Shown here in pieces: positions 27,301 to 41,691 of a stretch of DNA of 64,000 bases. The notes beneath the pieces are model-generated. The model saw only the letters and a list, made by a program, of their open reading frames with translations. It ran no database searches and had not been told where the DNA came from. Position 1 is the first letter of the stretch, and every line of letters begins with the position of its first letter. The stretch comes from the human T2T-CHM13v2.0 reference genome, Homo sapiens, in assembly GCF_009914755.1 (NCBI RefSeq), contig NC_060945.1; one strand, 5' to 3'. Position numbers and translations under genes: made by a program.

Positions 27301-27790
27301 TAAAATTTTGCTTGTAATACGTTGAAAGACTGACTACCTGTTTACTAAGCCTGTAGGGGGAAAAGTTTGGAAAAAGTCAGATATTAATAGCTTATGTTGG
27401 TTGTCATTTGCTGAGGTGAGCAAGTTATTACAAGGAAAGAGATGAGCTCAGGCAATAATTGGTGTGATTGAGAGCTTACAGAGATGAGAATAAAACAGTG
27501 CAGGAATTGAGGCCTCTTGGGGTTGGAAAAGCTTCCATTGCCAAAATGAGAAGACCTAAGGCCTAAAAAGCTTTCAGTCTCAAAGGCCCATTAAGACTCA
27601 GCACTGTGTCAAAGGCCGCATAAAATGTGGATTTTCTCATCCATCTGATTGTTATAGTAGCAGTGTAGTCAACATGATCTTGAAATGGAGAGCTATCGCA
27701 GTGAAACCAAGGAGTAGACCTGGTGTGAGGACAGTATCTACAAAGAACTTGGGGTATTATTCTTGATACATGGATGCAAAGAATTCACGG

Positions 27791-28011
27791 TAGGGTAGCC
27801 AGATTTAGCAAATACAAATATAGGACACTTGGTTAAATGTGGATTTCAGGTAAACAACAAATAATGTTTTAGTATAGGTATGTCCCTTTTAATCTATTCT
27901 ATAGTAAATATAGTATACAATATGTGGGGCAAACTAACGCTAAAACATTATTTGTGGTTTATCTGAAATTCAAATTAAACTGTGGGCACTCTGTTTTATC
28001 TGGCATCCACA
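27791..28011 (+). mobile_element. MER53 (palindromic hAT MITE)
   Basis: TAGGGTAGCCAGATTTAGCAAATA...TTTATCTGAAATTCAAATT...ATCTGGCATCC; 8-bp TSD ATTCACGG (27783-27790) / ATTCATGG (28012-28019). Confidence 0.9.
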
Positions 28012-28705
28012 ATTCATGGGCCATGAAGATTTTGAAGGGAGCTATATTACAAAGAAGCCATAAGCCCAGTACTCTGAGTATTAAAATCTTTAAATAACAC
28101 TTGGGTCCACTCCCGAAATTTCAGAAGAAACAAGTGAGCATGGAAATCTGAGGAGCCTGCTATGAGGGCATGACTTCCTAATGTCTACTTCAGATGTGGC
28201 ATGGAGAATAACATTTAAGGAAGAAATTTCCAGAAGGCAGAGTTACGGGCTATGGAGAACAATGAACAAGGATATTTCTCCTAGAAGTAGAATTAGGATC
28301 TACTCAAATACTCCCAGTGCTAGGACATTTGCACCTTCTTGTGTTTTTCCATGATTTCTGTGTATGTTGCTACTGAATCTCCTATTTTCCTTGTCATGGA
28401 TGATGATTTTTCTCGCACCGATCCTTGCTCTGTTGTTTTATATTGACTGTGAGCAAATGCATAAAAGTTGATGATAACATAATTTATTATTTTCTGGTTT
28501 ATGAAGAACCCTATCTGGATTGGAGGACAGAGATCCTAGACTTTGAGCTGGATGCTGTAATGGGATAACACTTAATGTAGTTCCCTAGAGAGAAGTATAA
28601 GAGTTCTGTATGTGGGAGGGAGTCCACACATAGACACTGAGAGGCTACAAGGGCTGAATATTCCAGCAATCTGCCTCTCAAGTCAGTTTTTTTCCCTTTG
28701 CATAG

Positions 28706-28904
28706 GAAAGGGTCAGCAAATTTTTCGGTCAAGTTCCAAAAAGTAAATATTTGACACTTTGCAGGCCAAGAGGTAAAATAGGGGACATTATGTAGGTACT
28801 TTAATAACAACCATTTAAAACTGTAAAACACATTCTTGGCTGGCAGGCCATATAAAAATAGGCAGGAGGCTGGATCTGACCCAAGCCTGTAGTTTTTGAT
28901 TCTT
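28706..28904. mobile_element. MER58-family hAT-Charlie MITE
   Basis: GGGTCAGCAAATTTTT...GTAAATATTT...TTTGCAGGCCA...GCTGGATCTGACCC...GTAGTTT. Confidence 0.75.
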
Positions 28905-29134
28905 GGTACTGAGCTGTTGGTAGGAAGCAGCTTCCTAGCTAGGGACTTTTTTTTTGCCCAGGCTTCTTTGCATTTTTTTGGGATCATGTGACTAGTTCTT
29001 ACCAATGAAACGTGAGCAGAGTAAGTCACCTTTAACATGAAAGTGTGCCATTTTCACATTTTCTTTCCTGTCTTATCACCTGACTTTAATGCATAGTCAG
29101 CCTAGAAAGTCAACAATTAAAAATGCAAAATAGA

Positions 29135-29467
<333 letters not shown>

Positions 29468-31574
29468 CTAAAGCAGATGTCTACAACTCCAAGGACACAT
29501 GCATTGGTCTATTATGTGAAAAAGTAATCCATTTCTATTACATTAAGCCAATGGATTCTTGAGTTTGATTTATTACTGCAGCTAGTGTTATAAAGCACTG
29601 CTCATTTCATTGATATGTTTTAAGATTGCTAAAGCATATTTAAATGCAGCGCCCCTCCAGAAGCCTAGCATTCTTGTCTATTAAACACTTGTCTTTCTTT
29701 TGTTAATTTTGACAGATCAAATGTTCATTCTTTTTCACTAATATATTGGATCCACTTTTATTACAGTAAGTCCCTATTACATTTTAGTTGGCTTTTACTC
29801 ATTTAGTTTTCCAAATCTACACACAAATTATAAAGTTATATCTTTAGAAATATTATTAAGTTAATGCAAAAAATGCCTACTATTAAAGGAGATGTTCATG
29901 CACTGTGCAAACTTTTGAAGCTTTATCAAGTTATCTGTTTATATTTGTTATATATGTTCATTTTGTCACCCAACCAGTGAGAAATTGGCTGCTTTATGAT
30001 ATCATCATATGATCTGAATAGATAGTATGAAGATATGTGAACAGCAAGATTATTTTCTTTTAACTTTTTAATTCACATACTTGTGTAGTCATTAATTGTG
30101 GGAAGGGGAGGACTCTTACTGAAACATATATTATTTCCTACCTCTCTTTTCCTCTACTAATGAGAGATAAAATCTGAGGTCCTTTAATCAAATATTTTCA
30201 TAAAAAATTATTTAAATCAAAATATTTTAATATTAAAATTTTTATTCAAGTATTTATTAAAATGACTAGAAATTATTGAATCTTAGAAGAGGTACAGATT
30301 AGACGCAGAAGAAAAAAGAATGAGGAAGCAAAGAAAACTGAGATGCTCTCAGAGCAACTCAGTATATTTGATGTCACCAAACAAAACAGATCAGATAAGT
30401 AAAGATGTCTTAAGGCTCATTCGGTGCACATGGGGAGGAAAGATTCACAAAACGGTCTGTCTTTCTCAGCATGTCCCCTAAACTAGAAGTAGTTTCCTGG
30501 TACCCTCTGGCCGCTAAAATTAACTTTCCCTTTGCAAAATCAGTTTGCCACGTATGAAATTTTAAAAGGCAATGTAAAGTTGTTGTGGACTTTAAAAAAT
30601 GTATAACATATTTGAATGATGACACCGTATAGAATAAATTCAAGTGGATGTGATGTTTCTGGTTTGATGTTAGAAATATTTTATCGTCTGTGAAAGTTAT
30701 AAAGGATTAGCTCTAGAAATAAGTATCATTAATATGGGTCAATAAGTCTTCCACAATTATAAAAATATTTGTTGATATAATAGATGTGACCCAGACTTCT
30801 ATGAATTACATATATCAGATAAATAATAAATAATATGCTCCTCAAATGGTAAACAAATGCAAACAAAATTCCAGCTGATTGCTACCTCACCAGCTCCTCT
30901 ATTTGCCTGTGGCTTTAGTTTCTCAGGTTTATTGGAGCCCAGCTTGCTGGGGGACACCCCAGCTCAGGTGTCTTCTTTCTATTGTCTGCTAATTCCAATA
31001 GCATTTGTCCATGAGCCTTCAGACTTCTCAAATTTTGTCATTGTCTTATCCTCTTCTATTCTTTCCATTTTTGTGGATGTATGACTTTTTTTGGGGAAAA
31101 ATGTTTTGTTTTCATATTTGTCAAATCTTAGGAGAATGTGAAACTTGATATTGATCAAATCTATCATGCCTGTTTGTAAGTTCAGTGTTTTCTTTGATAG
31201 TAGGGTAAACACAGCTTGATATTGGTGAAAACTGGGTTTTAAATATGTGTGATAGTTTCCTCAGAGGGAAACATCTACATTTTATCAAAACAATAACAGT
31301 CCTCTTAGGAACAAACACTCTCTGACCACCAACCATCAGTGCCTAAATTACTCATGTCTTTAAAATAGCACAAGAAATGGTCAATAGAATCTACCTTGGT
31401 TTGTTATAAATAGCTGGAATCTTATATTAGGAATTAAATCTCATTCTCCTGGAGTCTTAATCTTGTACTAATTTACTCTAGGCTAGGAACGCACTTTTGT
31501 TTTTCTCCTAAGAGGAAAAATATAAAAATATAATTAGTTTGTTCTTGGATATGTTGGATTTAATGGACTCAGAG

Positions 31575-31705
31575 AACTTATTCTCCACAGAGCCAGATAA
31601 ACATATTTGGCTTTGTAGGCCTTATGATCTCTGCCACAATCACTCACCTTTGTCACTCAAAAAGAGTCATAAACAATAGGCAAACAAACAGGACAGCTGG
31701 GTGAA
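31575..31705 (+). mobile_element. MER58A fragment
   Basis: GCCAGATAAACATATTTGGCTTTGTAGGCC...TCTCTGCCACAATCACTCACCT. Confidence 0.55.
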
Positions 31706-32094
31706 TTGCTTTAGCCTAATGGGTAAGACTCCAGGAAGACCATGGATGTATTTTAAATGAGGTTTTTCAGTAGTTCACATAACAATGACAAAAAACGCAA
31801 CAAATTGTTGTTATCCTGATCATCACTGCAATCTACCAAGCAAACACCAGTTGACTGAAAAATAATTTTTAGCTAATTAGAAATTTCTTTATACCCAAGA
31901 GTTTCCCCCAGAGCTACTAAAACACAGGCAGTTATGTGAATCATGTGTTATAAGAGGGGGCTTAAAGGCATGGTTAGACATGGTTAGCGAAAGTCAAAAT
32001 GAGAGATAATAGTTTATATTGACGTTTCCTTTGTTTTTGTTTTTATTTCATCTTTTCAAGTTTGTGTAGCTCTATGGGATAGTATATGATGATC

Positions 32095-32222
32095 ATCTTC
32101 AATCTTTAGCATGTGTAAGAAATATCTACAGGACTTGTTGGGCGCCACTACAAGAAACTCTGAATTGATAGGTCTGGTTTGGTGCCCGAAAATTTGTATT
32201 TTGAAGTTTTCAGGTGCACTCT
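32095..32222. mobile_element. MER5-family fragment
   Basis: CTCTGAATTGATAGGTCTGG...AATTTGTATTTT...CAGGTG. Confidence 0.45.
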
Positions 32223-32401
32223 TTCAGTAAAATCACCCAAGGAAATCTTTGCCCTGTATGTACTTGACCAGATTATATGCTCCATGTTAGATTTTAGAAT
32301 AGTGATGTTTTGTATTATATTTGTAGACTTATGACCTATGTTTTTCTTCTGCTGCTAACCTAACTGGGAAGACCAACTATCATTTTAAGATAGAGTCAGA
32401 G

Positions 32402-32846
<445 letters not shown>

Positions 32847-33874
32847 TTATTACAAACATCATGTGGTTTTAAAAATTATCTTCAATGTGATTTTATATAT
32901 TACATTTTTAGAAAAATATTTTTGGTCTTTTTGTGAGCATAATAGTATGCATGTTAGGGAAATAAGCTGAAAAGAGTGAAAGTAAGTATTCCACTTGTTC
33001 TTTTTTATTTTTTTCCTTAATGATTCTCTTGAATAAGTTAGGCATTCAAATCGGTTTCTTGGAAGTTCAGAGTTCTTTCTTGAAAAGTTTATCTTTCCTC
33101 TTTGCCTTTTCTCTTGCTAACTTTGACTAAGATTTAAAATTGAGCAAAAAACCACTGGATTCTTTGTAGCCTGTTTCTGCGTACAGGGTTCGTCACTCTC
33201 TTATCTCTTTAGCTTTGCTTTGACATTCCCCTTGTGAGCAAAATCATTAAAAAGCAAGAGAACCTTTTGGACTTTCCTTTCGGATGGTTTCTGATAACTC
33301 TGACCATTTTAATATATATTTTGGCTAACCTGTAGTAAGTACATGGTATTTACTATTACTACTGTTACTACTGATATCATTGGTCTATATTTATGGAATT
33401 CACCTCTTTTTCCCTTTTGGAATACTGGAATATATTTGCTTTCCTCCAATTTTCCAGAACCTTTTCAATCTCCACATTTTCACAAATACCTGAATCAAAT
33501 CATGTACTATTTATTCTAAGCATGCAACTTAACACTTGTTTAAGGCAACCTAGGTGTTTGCGTATCCATTGCTCATGAATCTTGAGTTTAAATGATGTTC
33601 GTTTCTATTCCTATCTGCAGATCATTCTTACCAGATGGTTCACAAGAAAAATTACTTTATATCCATCAGTGTTGCATAACTACACACAATGATAAAAAAT
33701 ATTCTTTGTGTGACTCTGCTCAATGAGAAATATTTACCATATTTTGATGATCTTAGTATATGTAGAGTAGTTTGTATTAGCCTTTGCTACCCATATTCTA
33801 CATATTTCCCTTTAAATAATTCCTAGAATTTATTTTCTTGTTGTATTTCAAATTTTAGTAAGTTTGGTAAGTTC

Positions 33875-34085
33875 TTTAAACGTATTAACTAATTTAATTC
33901 TCACAAAACCCTAAAATGTAGATAAGAAACTGTGGATAAGATTATGCTCCCTACATTTTAGATGAAAAAATTGAGGCACCAAGAGGTGGAGTAACTTGGC
34001 AGTATCACCCAGTGGCTAAATTTCAGAAGGAGGTGGGATTCAAACTCAGGCAGCTGGATTGCAAAACTGAAACTCCTAACTGCCC
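33875..34085 (-). mobile_element. MIR
   Basis: ATTTAATTCTCACAA...ATTTTAGATGAAAAAATTGAGGCAC...GGGATTCAAACTCAGG. Confidence 0.75.
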
Positions 34086-35059
34086 TTTTACCTTGTTTCT
34101 ATAACTTCATTGTAGAGACACCATTTAAAAAAACTATTATCCCTTAATTGGGGATTGACAGTGTCTGTAATTACAGTTAGGATTATATTATTTTAAATGT
34201 ATTCTTTGGACCGTCTTATCTTTCAGAATTTCATGCTTTGAAATTGTTTTTTTCCTGAATATTTTACAACCAGCCTTCCCAAAGATGGCAACCTGTTTTG
34301 GGTCATTTCTTCCTTCTAGTTTCTTGTTATTACAAACAATAAGGTGATATAGCCTTTTTCTCTCTAAGTCCCCACAATCATATTCTGTCCAGGAATCAAT
34401 CAATTACTCCCTATTGATGAAAATTATATACACTGATATAATCATTCTAATGTCTCCTCTTTCCCTCTCTAAAATAGAATTGGAAAAGTCAAGAAGTATT
34501 TAATCCTTCTGTATTTAGTTGAAAGAGAGTTTGTGCAAATAAACTGAAGTTGAGATTCCTTCCTTACAATTCTGGTCCATTTTTGTAACAGTTTGTAAGT
34601 GTAAAGAATGCATCACTTATTTCTTTTAGCCGGCTGGAAATCCAAAGTGAAGTCTGTTATCATTTCTCTTTCTCCTTTTTGTCTGTACATATTATACTCT
34701 TATTTCTTCTTAACCCCTATGCTCCATGCAATTCTATACAGGAGTGGTTGGTAAAACCAATGCCCCTTGGGTAAATAGTCTTTAGAAAAAATTCCCTTTA
34801 GACACAAGATATAGTCTACAGCTTGTGGCTTTCAGTAAAATGTAATCTCCCAGGTATTCATCCTGCACAATCATACAAAAACTATGCTAATATTTTAAAA
34901 CATTATTTCATTTAGTTCTTACAATCACATGAATTAGAGATAATACTGATTTACAGTTGGGGAAACTGATGTAACTATTTTACAGTGGCAGGTAGAGGGC
35001 TCTGTCAAGTTGTCTGGCTCTGAATCTCTCTCTCTCTCTTTTTTTTGTAAATAAAGTTT

Positions 35060-35892
35060 TTGTTCCCCCAGCTTAAAGTAAAATAAAAATGGTATATATT
35101 TATGGTATGCAGCATGATTGATATACATATATTATAAAATGATTACCACAATCAAATATATTCGTCACCTCTCCCAGTTATCATTTTTCAATGAGAAATT
35201 TCAGATCTACTCTCTTAGCAAATTTCAAGTATACAATACGGTACTATTAACAGTCACCATGCTGTACATTAGATTTCTATAACTTATTTATCCTGTCTAA
35301 CAAACTTTGTACTCTTTGGCCAACATCTCACCATCTCCCCCTCACCCAGGCCCTGACAACCACTTTTTAAGATTTCACGTATATATGAGATTATGGAATA
35401 TTTGTCTTTCTGTGTCTGATTTATTTACTTAGCATAATGTCCTCCAGCTTCATCCATGTTGCACATGACAGAACTTCCTTATTTCTTGAAGGCTGAATAA
35501 TATTCTATTGCAGAGAGGTAGATAATCACATTTTGTTTCTGCAACCATTAATGAATACTTAGGTCGATTCCATATCATGACTATTGTGACTAATGCTGCA
35601 ATGAGCATGAAATGTACGTATCTCTTTGAGATACTGGTTTCATTTCCTTTGGATACGTACTCAGAAGTAAGGCTGCTGGATATTGTGGCAGTTTCATTTT
35701 TAATTTTGGGGGGAACCTCCATACTGTTTTCCATAATGGTTGCAACAATTTACATTTCCACCAAAAGCATATCAGAGTTTCGTTTTTTGCACATCCTGGC
35801 CAACACTTACCTATTTTCTTTTTGGTAATAGCCATCAGTTGTGCATTTGCCTGGTGATGAGTGATGTTGAACATTTTATCATAAACCTGTTG
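35060..35892 (-). mobile_element. L1MA (MA8/9-like) 3' fragment
   Basis: ATCTACTCTCTTAGCAAATTTCAAGTATACAATAC; minus-strand ORFs 35450-35874 resemble the ORF2p C-terminus (WKCKLLQPLWKTVWRF). Confidence 0.88.
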
Positions 35893-37160
35893 TCCTGGTG
35901 CTTGAGCTGTCTCATATAAATAATAGGCTTTATTTAAAATTTGAGTCGTATAAAGTGGATGATAACTTTTAAATGTGTCTGCTCTATTTATTGCTAATAA
36001 TTTGATATTTGGTCAAGGTAACTTTGACTTGAATTACTAAAAATTTGCCTGATGACTTTATTGATTTTGTGTTGTTTTATTTTCCAGCTAGTTTCAAAAA
36101 CTGATGGCATGCAAAACAGTGATAAATTTGGCTATTTAAGTACTGTGCCAAAGTTGATGTGTTGGCTTATTTGTTGTTGGAGTAAATCAAAGACTAGAAA
36201 ATATATTAAAATTGCTCTACCTACTTGCCGTGCAAATTATCATAATGATACAAATGACTTGGGAAATATTATATAAAACATTGTCTGAAAGTTAGTAGGC
36301 TATTCGCTCTCAAATTTATTTTCTACTCTTCCTCCGCTCTGTATTCATGAGACCCTAATTTACCATAATCCCTTGCCTTTTAACTTTCAGGGAAATGTTA
36401 GGGGGCCTGCCTTTTATCATTATGGAAGACTGAATATAAAATTCTGCATTGTCAGTCTTTTACTTTCTGGATGTTAAAGATGTTATTCATAGTTTTCAGT
36501 ACTGTCTGCTGAAAAGTATGCAAATATATTCATGTTTGTTCATCTGAAGGTAATGTGTCATTGTTCCTCTGGCCACTTTTTACATTTATTCTTTATCATT
36601 GTTTTTAGTAATTTGATAACAAGCCTTGGTGGTCTCTTCCTTTCTTCTTTTCTTTCCTCCTTATTTATTTTTTCTGTGTGCAGGATAAACATGCATGCAC
36701 ACAGAAAAATGACTTCAGATTTGCATAGTTGTATCTTATTTATTTTTTCTGTGTGCATGTATGTTTACTCTGCTTGGTGTTTGTTGAGGTTCTCGGAAGT
36801 GTGGGTTGATAGTTTTCATCAAATTAGAAAAGTTTTGGCCAATATTTCTTTAGATATTTTTTCTGGTTCCTGATCCTTTCAGGGATTTTTGTTACACAGA
36901 TGTTAGACCTTATTAATGTTCCAGAAGTCACTGAGACTCAATGACATATTATTAGGCTTTTCTCTGTATTTCAATTTGAATATATTCTACTACTATTTCC
37001 ATTTCTTAAAATTTCTGCTCTTCTTTTCTCCTCTCCTCTCTTCTTCTTCTTATGTTTGTTCTCCTTTACTGGAGTTCTTAAATGTATGTTATAAACGCTG
37101 TTTTGACATGCTTGACTGCTAATTACGTTGTCTCTGACTTTGTTTTTAAATGTAGCTTTT

Positions 37161-37671
37161 TGTATTATTCAGATATTTCAAGACCAACAGATGAGGAGAC
37201 AATTGCAATTGAAAAGATAGATTATTATACTCAGAGTTCCCAAAAGGGGGTGGAACCAGGGTTTGTCTGGAGGCAGAAGGAGCAAGGGGAAAATGTGGGC
37301 AATAACTTTTATTGTGGTTTTCATGGGAAGGAGTGGAAGAGGCTGTATAAACGGGTTTAGAATTGGCTAGCTTGAATAATTTCAGGGTGCTGCAAAACAT
37401 GAGTTATCCCTAGTTACCTGGCACCTGACCTGGGGTCGTTAAGGCAGAGGAACAGTGGTCCTAAGTGACAGAGACTGTGAATACCCGGTTTAAAAGGCAG
37501 TTGGAGTGTTGGCTGTGGATTGGTTATTTTGCATATAAAAGGCATGCTTACAGAGAGTACTGTACTGTTTCTAGAACTGGCCAACTCTGGGAGGAGCAGT
37601 CCCTCACAGTCAGCAAGGCCTCAAGATGTCAAAGCATCAAATACGGAAACTAGAAAATGTAGTTATTACCA
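37161..37671 (-). mobile_element. MER76-like ERVL LTR
   Basis: GACCAACAGATGAGGAGAC...TTGAAAAGATAG; TTTATTGTGGTTT; ATTGGCTAGCTTGAATAATTTCAG; CAAGATGTCAAAGCATCA. Confidence 0.7.
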
Positions 37672-37675
37672 GATC

Positions 37676-37972
37676 TTTTTTTTTTCTTTTTTGAGACAGT
37701 GTCACTCTGTTGCCCACACTGGAGTGCAGTGGCACAATCTTGGCTCACTGCAACCTCTACCTCCTGAGTTCAAGCTCTTCTCCTGCCTCAACCTCCAGAG
37801 TAATTGTGATTACAGGTGCCTTCCACCACACCAGGCTAATTTTTGTATTTTTAGTAGAGACGAGGTTTCACCATGTTGATCAGGTGGTTCTACAATTTCT
37901 GACCTCAAATAATGCACCCTCCTCGGCCTCCCAAAGTGCTGGGATTACAGGCATGAGCCACTGCACCCAGCT
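37676..37972 (-). mobile_element. AluSx/Sz-like
   Basis: Full dimer; flanking AGATCTTT. Confidence 0.93.
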
Positions 37973-38594
37973 ATAAGATCTTTATGTCTGTTTATACTGA
38001 TTGATTTTTCTCTTTGTTGTGAATAACATACCCTTGCTTCTAAGAATGTTTAGTATTTTTTGATTGGATGTTGGGCATTGTGAAGTTAAATTGTTGAGTG
38101 TCTGGATTCTGCTGTATTTCTTTACAGAGTGTAAAATTGGTGTTGGTATGCAGTTAAGTTACTTTCAGATTAGTTTGATCACCTTGATGTGTGTTTTTAA
38201 GTTTTGCTAAAGTGGATCTAGAAGAGATTCACTCCAAGGATATTTCAGCCCTCCTACTAAGGTACAAATTTAGTTTTCCTTATGGAATTATTTTTGTCTT
38301 ATTATTAATGAATATCATGAATGCTTATAAGGTACCAAGAAGTGGACTAAAATATGCAACAGAACATGAAAAAGGTACAGCCTATATCATTTTCTCATAG
38401 AACTGTTAAGTGGAGATAGGCATATAAATAAACTAAATATGTGACCAACAGTGGCATATGAAAAGTGAGATACTGTACAAAGTTTTGACCAACAGTAAAA
38501 TATGTACATGCAAAAATATTTAAATTACACTGTATTCAGTAAGGTAGGCCCTGAAAAAGTCTGTTAGGGCTTCATAAAATTGTATGTGCTTTAG

Positions 38595-39170
38595 CATTTG
38601 AGCATCTATTGTGTACTGCCAGCCTAGCATTGTGCTAAGTCATAGAGATACAATGGTAAAGAAAACACATCCCTGGCTACAAGGAGCTTATCATCTTATG
38701 AGGTACAAAGACAAGTAATAGTGCTTCTAGAAGAATAAGTCATTTGTGTCGTGAAACTGTATATGTGTAAGCCAGTCATTAGGCACCATGGAGACCTTCT
38801 AAGATGAAGCTGTATAAACTAAAAACAAATGATTATTATAATTTTGTCTGGCAAAGGAATAAGAAGATTGGGAAAGTGCTTAGAAGTGATTCATAGTAGA
38901 GGAAAAATCACACCTAAAAACTTAGAGCCCCGAGAATAGTGAACATTTATGGAATGAAAGTTATAGTAGTTTGTTTCTGGTAGGACCTGCTAGTCAGGAG
39001 TAATGAAATATGGCACAGAGCAAGACAAAATAGGCAGGAAGTGGTCAGCCAATGGAGAGTTTGCCATGAAATATGAAAGAGTCTGTATCTTATCTTGAGA
39101 AGAGTGGGATCCTTCCAATGGTTTTCAGCACCGGAGATTATGGACATGAAGCTCAGGAGAGAGGCCTGAA
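38595..39170 (-). mobile_element. L2 LINE 3' region
   Basis: CATTTGAGCATCTATTGTGT...TTGTGCTAAG...CAAGGAGCTTA; GAAGCTCAGGAGAGAGG. Confidence 0.6.
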
Positions 39171-39202
39171 ATGGTGGCTCATGCCGAGGCTTGAAGGATT
39201 AA

Positions 39203-39605
39203 TGTATTAGTTCATTAGGGCTGCAATAATAAAGTAGCACAAATTGGGTGGTTTAAATAATAGAAAAACAACAAAAATAGTTCTAGAGGCTAGAAGTCTG
39301 AGATCAAGGCGTCATCAGAACTGGTTTCTTCTGAGGGAGACTCTGTTCCATTCCTCTCTCCTTGGCTTGTAGATGGCCATCATCTTTCTATGTCTTCACA
39401 TCATTGTCCCTCTCTACTTGTCTATGTCCGTGTTTCCTTTTCTTGTGAGAATACTGGTCATGCTGGATTAAGGCCCACTTTAATGACCTCATTTTAACTT
39501 GATTACCTCCACAAAGACTATTCCAGAATAAGGTTATGTTCTGAGGTATTAGGGGTTACGACTTCAACATATGAATTTTGAGTGGACACAATTCAACCCA
39601 TAGCA
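39203..39605 (-). mobile_element. MLT1B/C solo LTR
   Basis: TGTATTAGTT...GGCTAGAAGTCTGAGATCAAGG...CAACATATGAATTTT...CAATTCAACCCATAGCA. Confidence 0.88.
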
Positions 39606-40844
39606 CCCCCGTGTAAGAGCTGGGAAGGGAAAGTGGCTAAGTTGTGCAAATGTGCACATTGGTTGGAGATGATTAACTTCTGGCATGTAGATTCAACACC
39701 CAAGAAGTGAAATACAATGGATAAAAATGGCTAGAAGATAAAGTTGACAGTGGCAATAACAATATGGATTAGACTTGGCAAAGTTATGAAGCAGGAAAAG
39801 TGGGTATTGAGGCATCCTCTACTTTGATGTTAGGAAATTATTTTTTAATTTTCCACTGATTTTAATTTATAAATTCTCTGATTAAAAATTTGTTATAGTC
39901 TTACCTTTCTAGGGCTTGGTTACTAGGCTATAGTACAAGTTACTATACACTATATGTAAAGAGTATTAGATTGTATTTTTGTCTTGTTACCAGATAAAGT
40001 AATGGTCATTTAAAGCTATTTCTTCCAGCCATGAAGTCAGGGTATGATTAAACAAAATTCCATAAATAACTTGATCACTATGAAATGAAATCTGTCTTCT
40101 TATGTTTGGCATTCAATTGACTACATCAGATGTTGTTTCGAAAGTCTTTTCTCAACAACAGTAAAATACACAGCCTGATATTCCCATTGAGAATAGACCA
40201 AATTCTTTTGACCTAAAACTAGAACTAGTGAGAAAGTTGTATAAAAAATTACACCCATGTTAAAATGGATACATTGCTCTTACCTCTAAATAGACAAATA
40301 CTGGAAGCATTACAAATGAAGTAATGTTTTAATATTTCACAGCTCAAAAATTAAGTGCTAATGTATTTTTCCCCTGAATTTGTTGAAAACTATTTTTATT
40401 GCTTGTGGTACTCCTGAGAAAACGAAGGTTCTGGATTTTGATTCAAGATTCTAATGTGTATATTTTCTATGTCTTTGGCTTCATTGTGTTTTTTCATAGC
40501 TGACCCAGCTTTCTGCAGAAAACAGGGCAGTCAATATATTTGGAGCCTTGACTCTCTAAACTTTAACCACACAAGAAGAGACAGACTCTCTCTATTTGTT
40601 ACAGTTCCTAAATACTCTAGCTTAGGACTGATATTCACCCTTGACCAATCAACTGTATCTAGGCCCGGAATCTTGGGGAAGGGCCCTGCCATCTTGGGTC
40701 AGGTGATGACTAGACTAATCCGTTATGGTCAGGGTAACAGAGAATTAATCAAGTACATTGAAGCTCACAGGAAGCACATATGTAGGTGCAAAGAGTTAGG
40801 TGGAACACGAGGACAGAAGTAAACTCCAGAGAAAAGGAAGTGCT

Positions 40845-41163
40845 GGCCAGGCGGGGCGGCTCACACCTGTAATCCCAGCACTTTCGGAGGCCGAGGTGGG
40901 CGGATCACCTGAGGTCCGGAGTTCAAGACCAGCCTGACAAACACGGAGAAACCCCGTCTCTACTAAAAATACAAAATTAGCCGAGCGTGTTGGTGCATGC
41001 CTGTAATCCCAGATACTTGGGAGGCTGAGGCAGGAGAATCAACCTGAACCTGGGAAGCGGAGGTTACAGTGAGCTGAGATCGCGCCATTACACTCCAGCC
41101 TGGGCAACAAAAGCTAAAATCTGTCTCAAAAAAAAAAAAAAAAAAGAAAAAAGAAAAAAAAAA
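40845..41163 (+). mobile_element. AluSp
   Basis: CCTGAC...GGAGAAACCCC diagnostic; flanking AAGTGCT repeat. Confidence 0.95.
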
Positions 41164-41244
41164 GAAAGTGCTGAGTAGATATCCTTCCAAGTAGGTGTTT
41201 CACAATGTTGTTTCTTTACATAATGCTGAAATTAAGTATTTATT

Positions 41245-41610
41245 CTTAATTCATGTATTCTGTAAACCTTTTTGAGTATCTCTGTGCCCAGCACTGGTCT
41301 AGGGTTTGGAAATGAGACAGCAAACAAAGCAAAGTCCATAATATCATGATGCTTACTTTCTGGTGTGGACATGGAGATGGGAGGCAAACACAGAAATGCA
41401 TGAATAAAATACCTTGTCCAAGACGGTAAGAGTAACAGAGAAAAGTGAAAAGGGGAAAGGAGAGAAGAGAACTGAAGTGCAGTGTGGCTGCATTTTATAT
41501 GAGTAATCAGCAAGCTTAAGTGATAAGGTAGCATTGAATAAAGGCCAGAGGAAAGGAAGGAGTGACCCATGAGGATCTCTGAAGAACATTCTGGTAGAGG
41601 GAATGGTTTA
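41245..41610 (-). mobile_element. L2a 3' fragment
   Basis: TTGAGTATCTCTGTGCCCAGCACTGGTCTAGG...CAGCAAACAAAGCAAAGTCC. Confidence 0.7.
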
Positions 41611-41666
41611 TGGAAACAAACAAACAAAACTACAATAAACAAAAACTTGTTTTTCTCTAATCATGG

Positions 41667-41691
41667 TATATATATATATATATATATATAT
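41667..41691. repeat. (TA)n microsatellite
   Basis: Directly visible. Confidence 0.9.

Larger units (their letters stand above)
36400..38270 (-). mobile_element. Ancient L1ME-type relic interrupted by an LTR and an Alu
   Basis: T-rich antisense ORF1-like tracts (TTTTCATCAAATTAGAAAAGTTTTGGCCAATATTTCTT; TTTGATTGGATGTTGGGCATTGTGAA). Confidence 0.55.

Noticed and set aside
28511-29038. 175-aa minus-strand ORF
   Set aside because: Spans MLT1 and MER58 repeat junctions; no recognisable domain
39110-39210. Possible splice acceptor TTTTCAG followed by a short frame running into the MLT1 LTR
   Set aside because: Lies in L2-derived sequence, has a weak polypyrimidine tract, and there is no transcript evidence in the sequence alone
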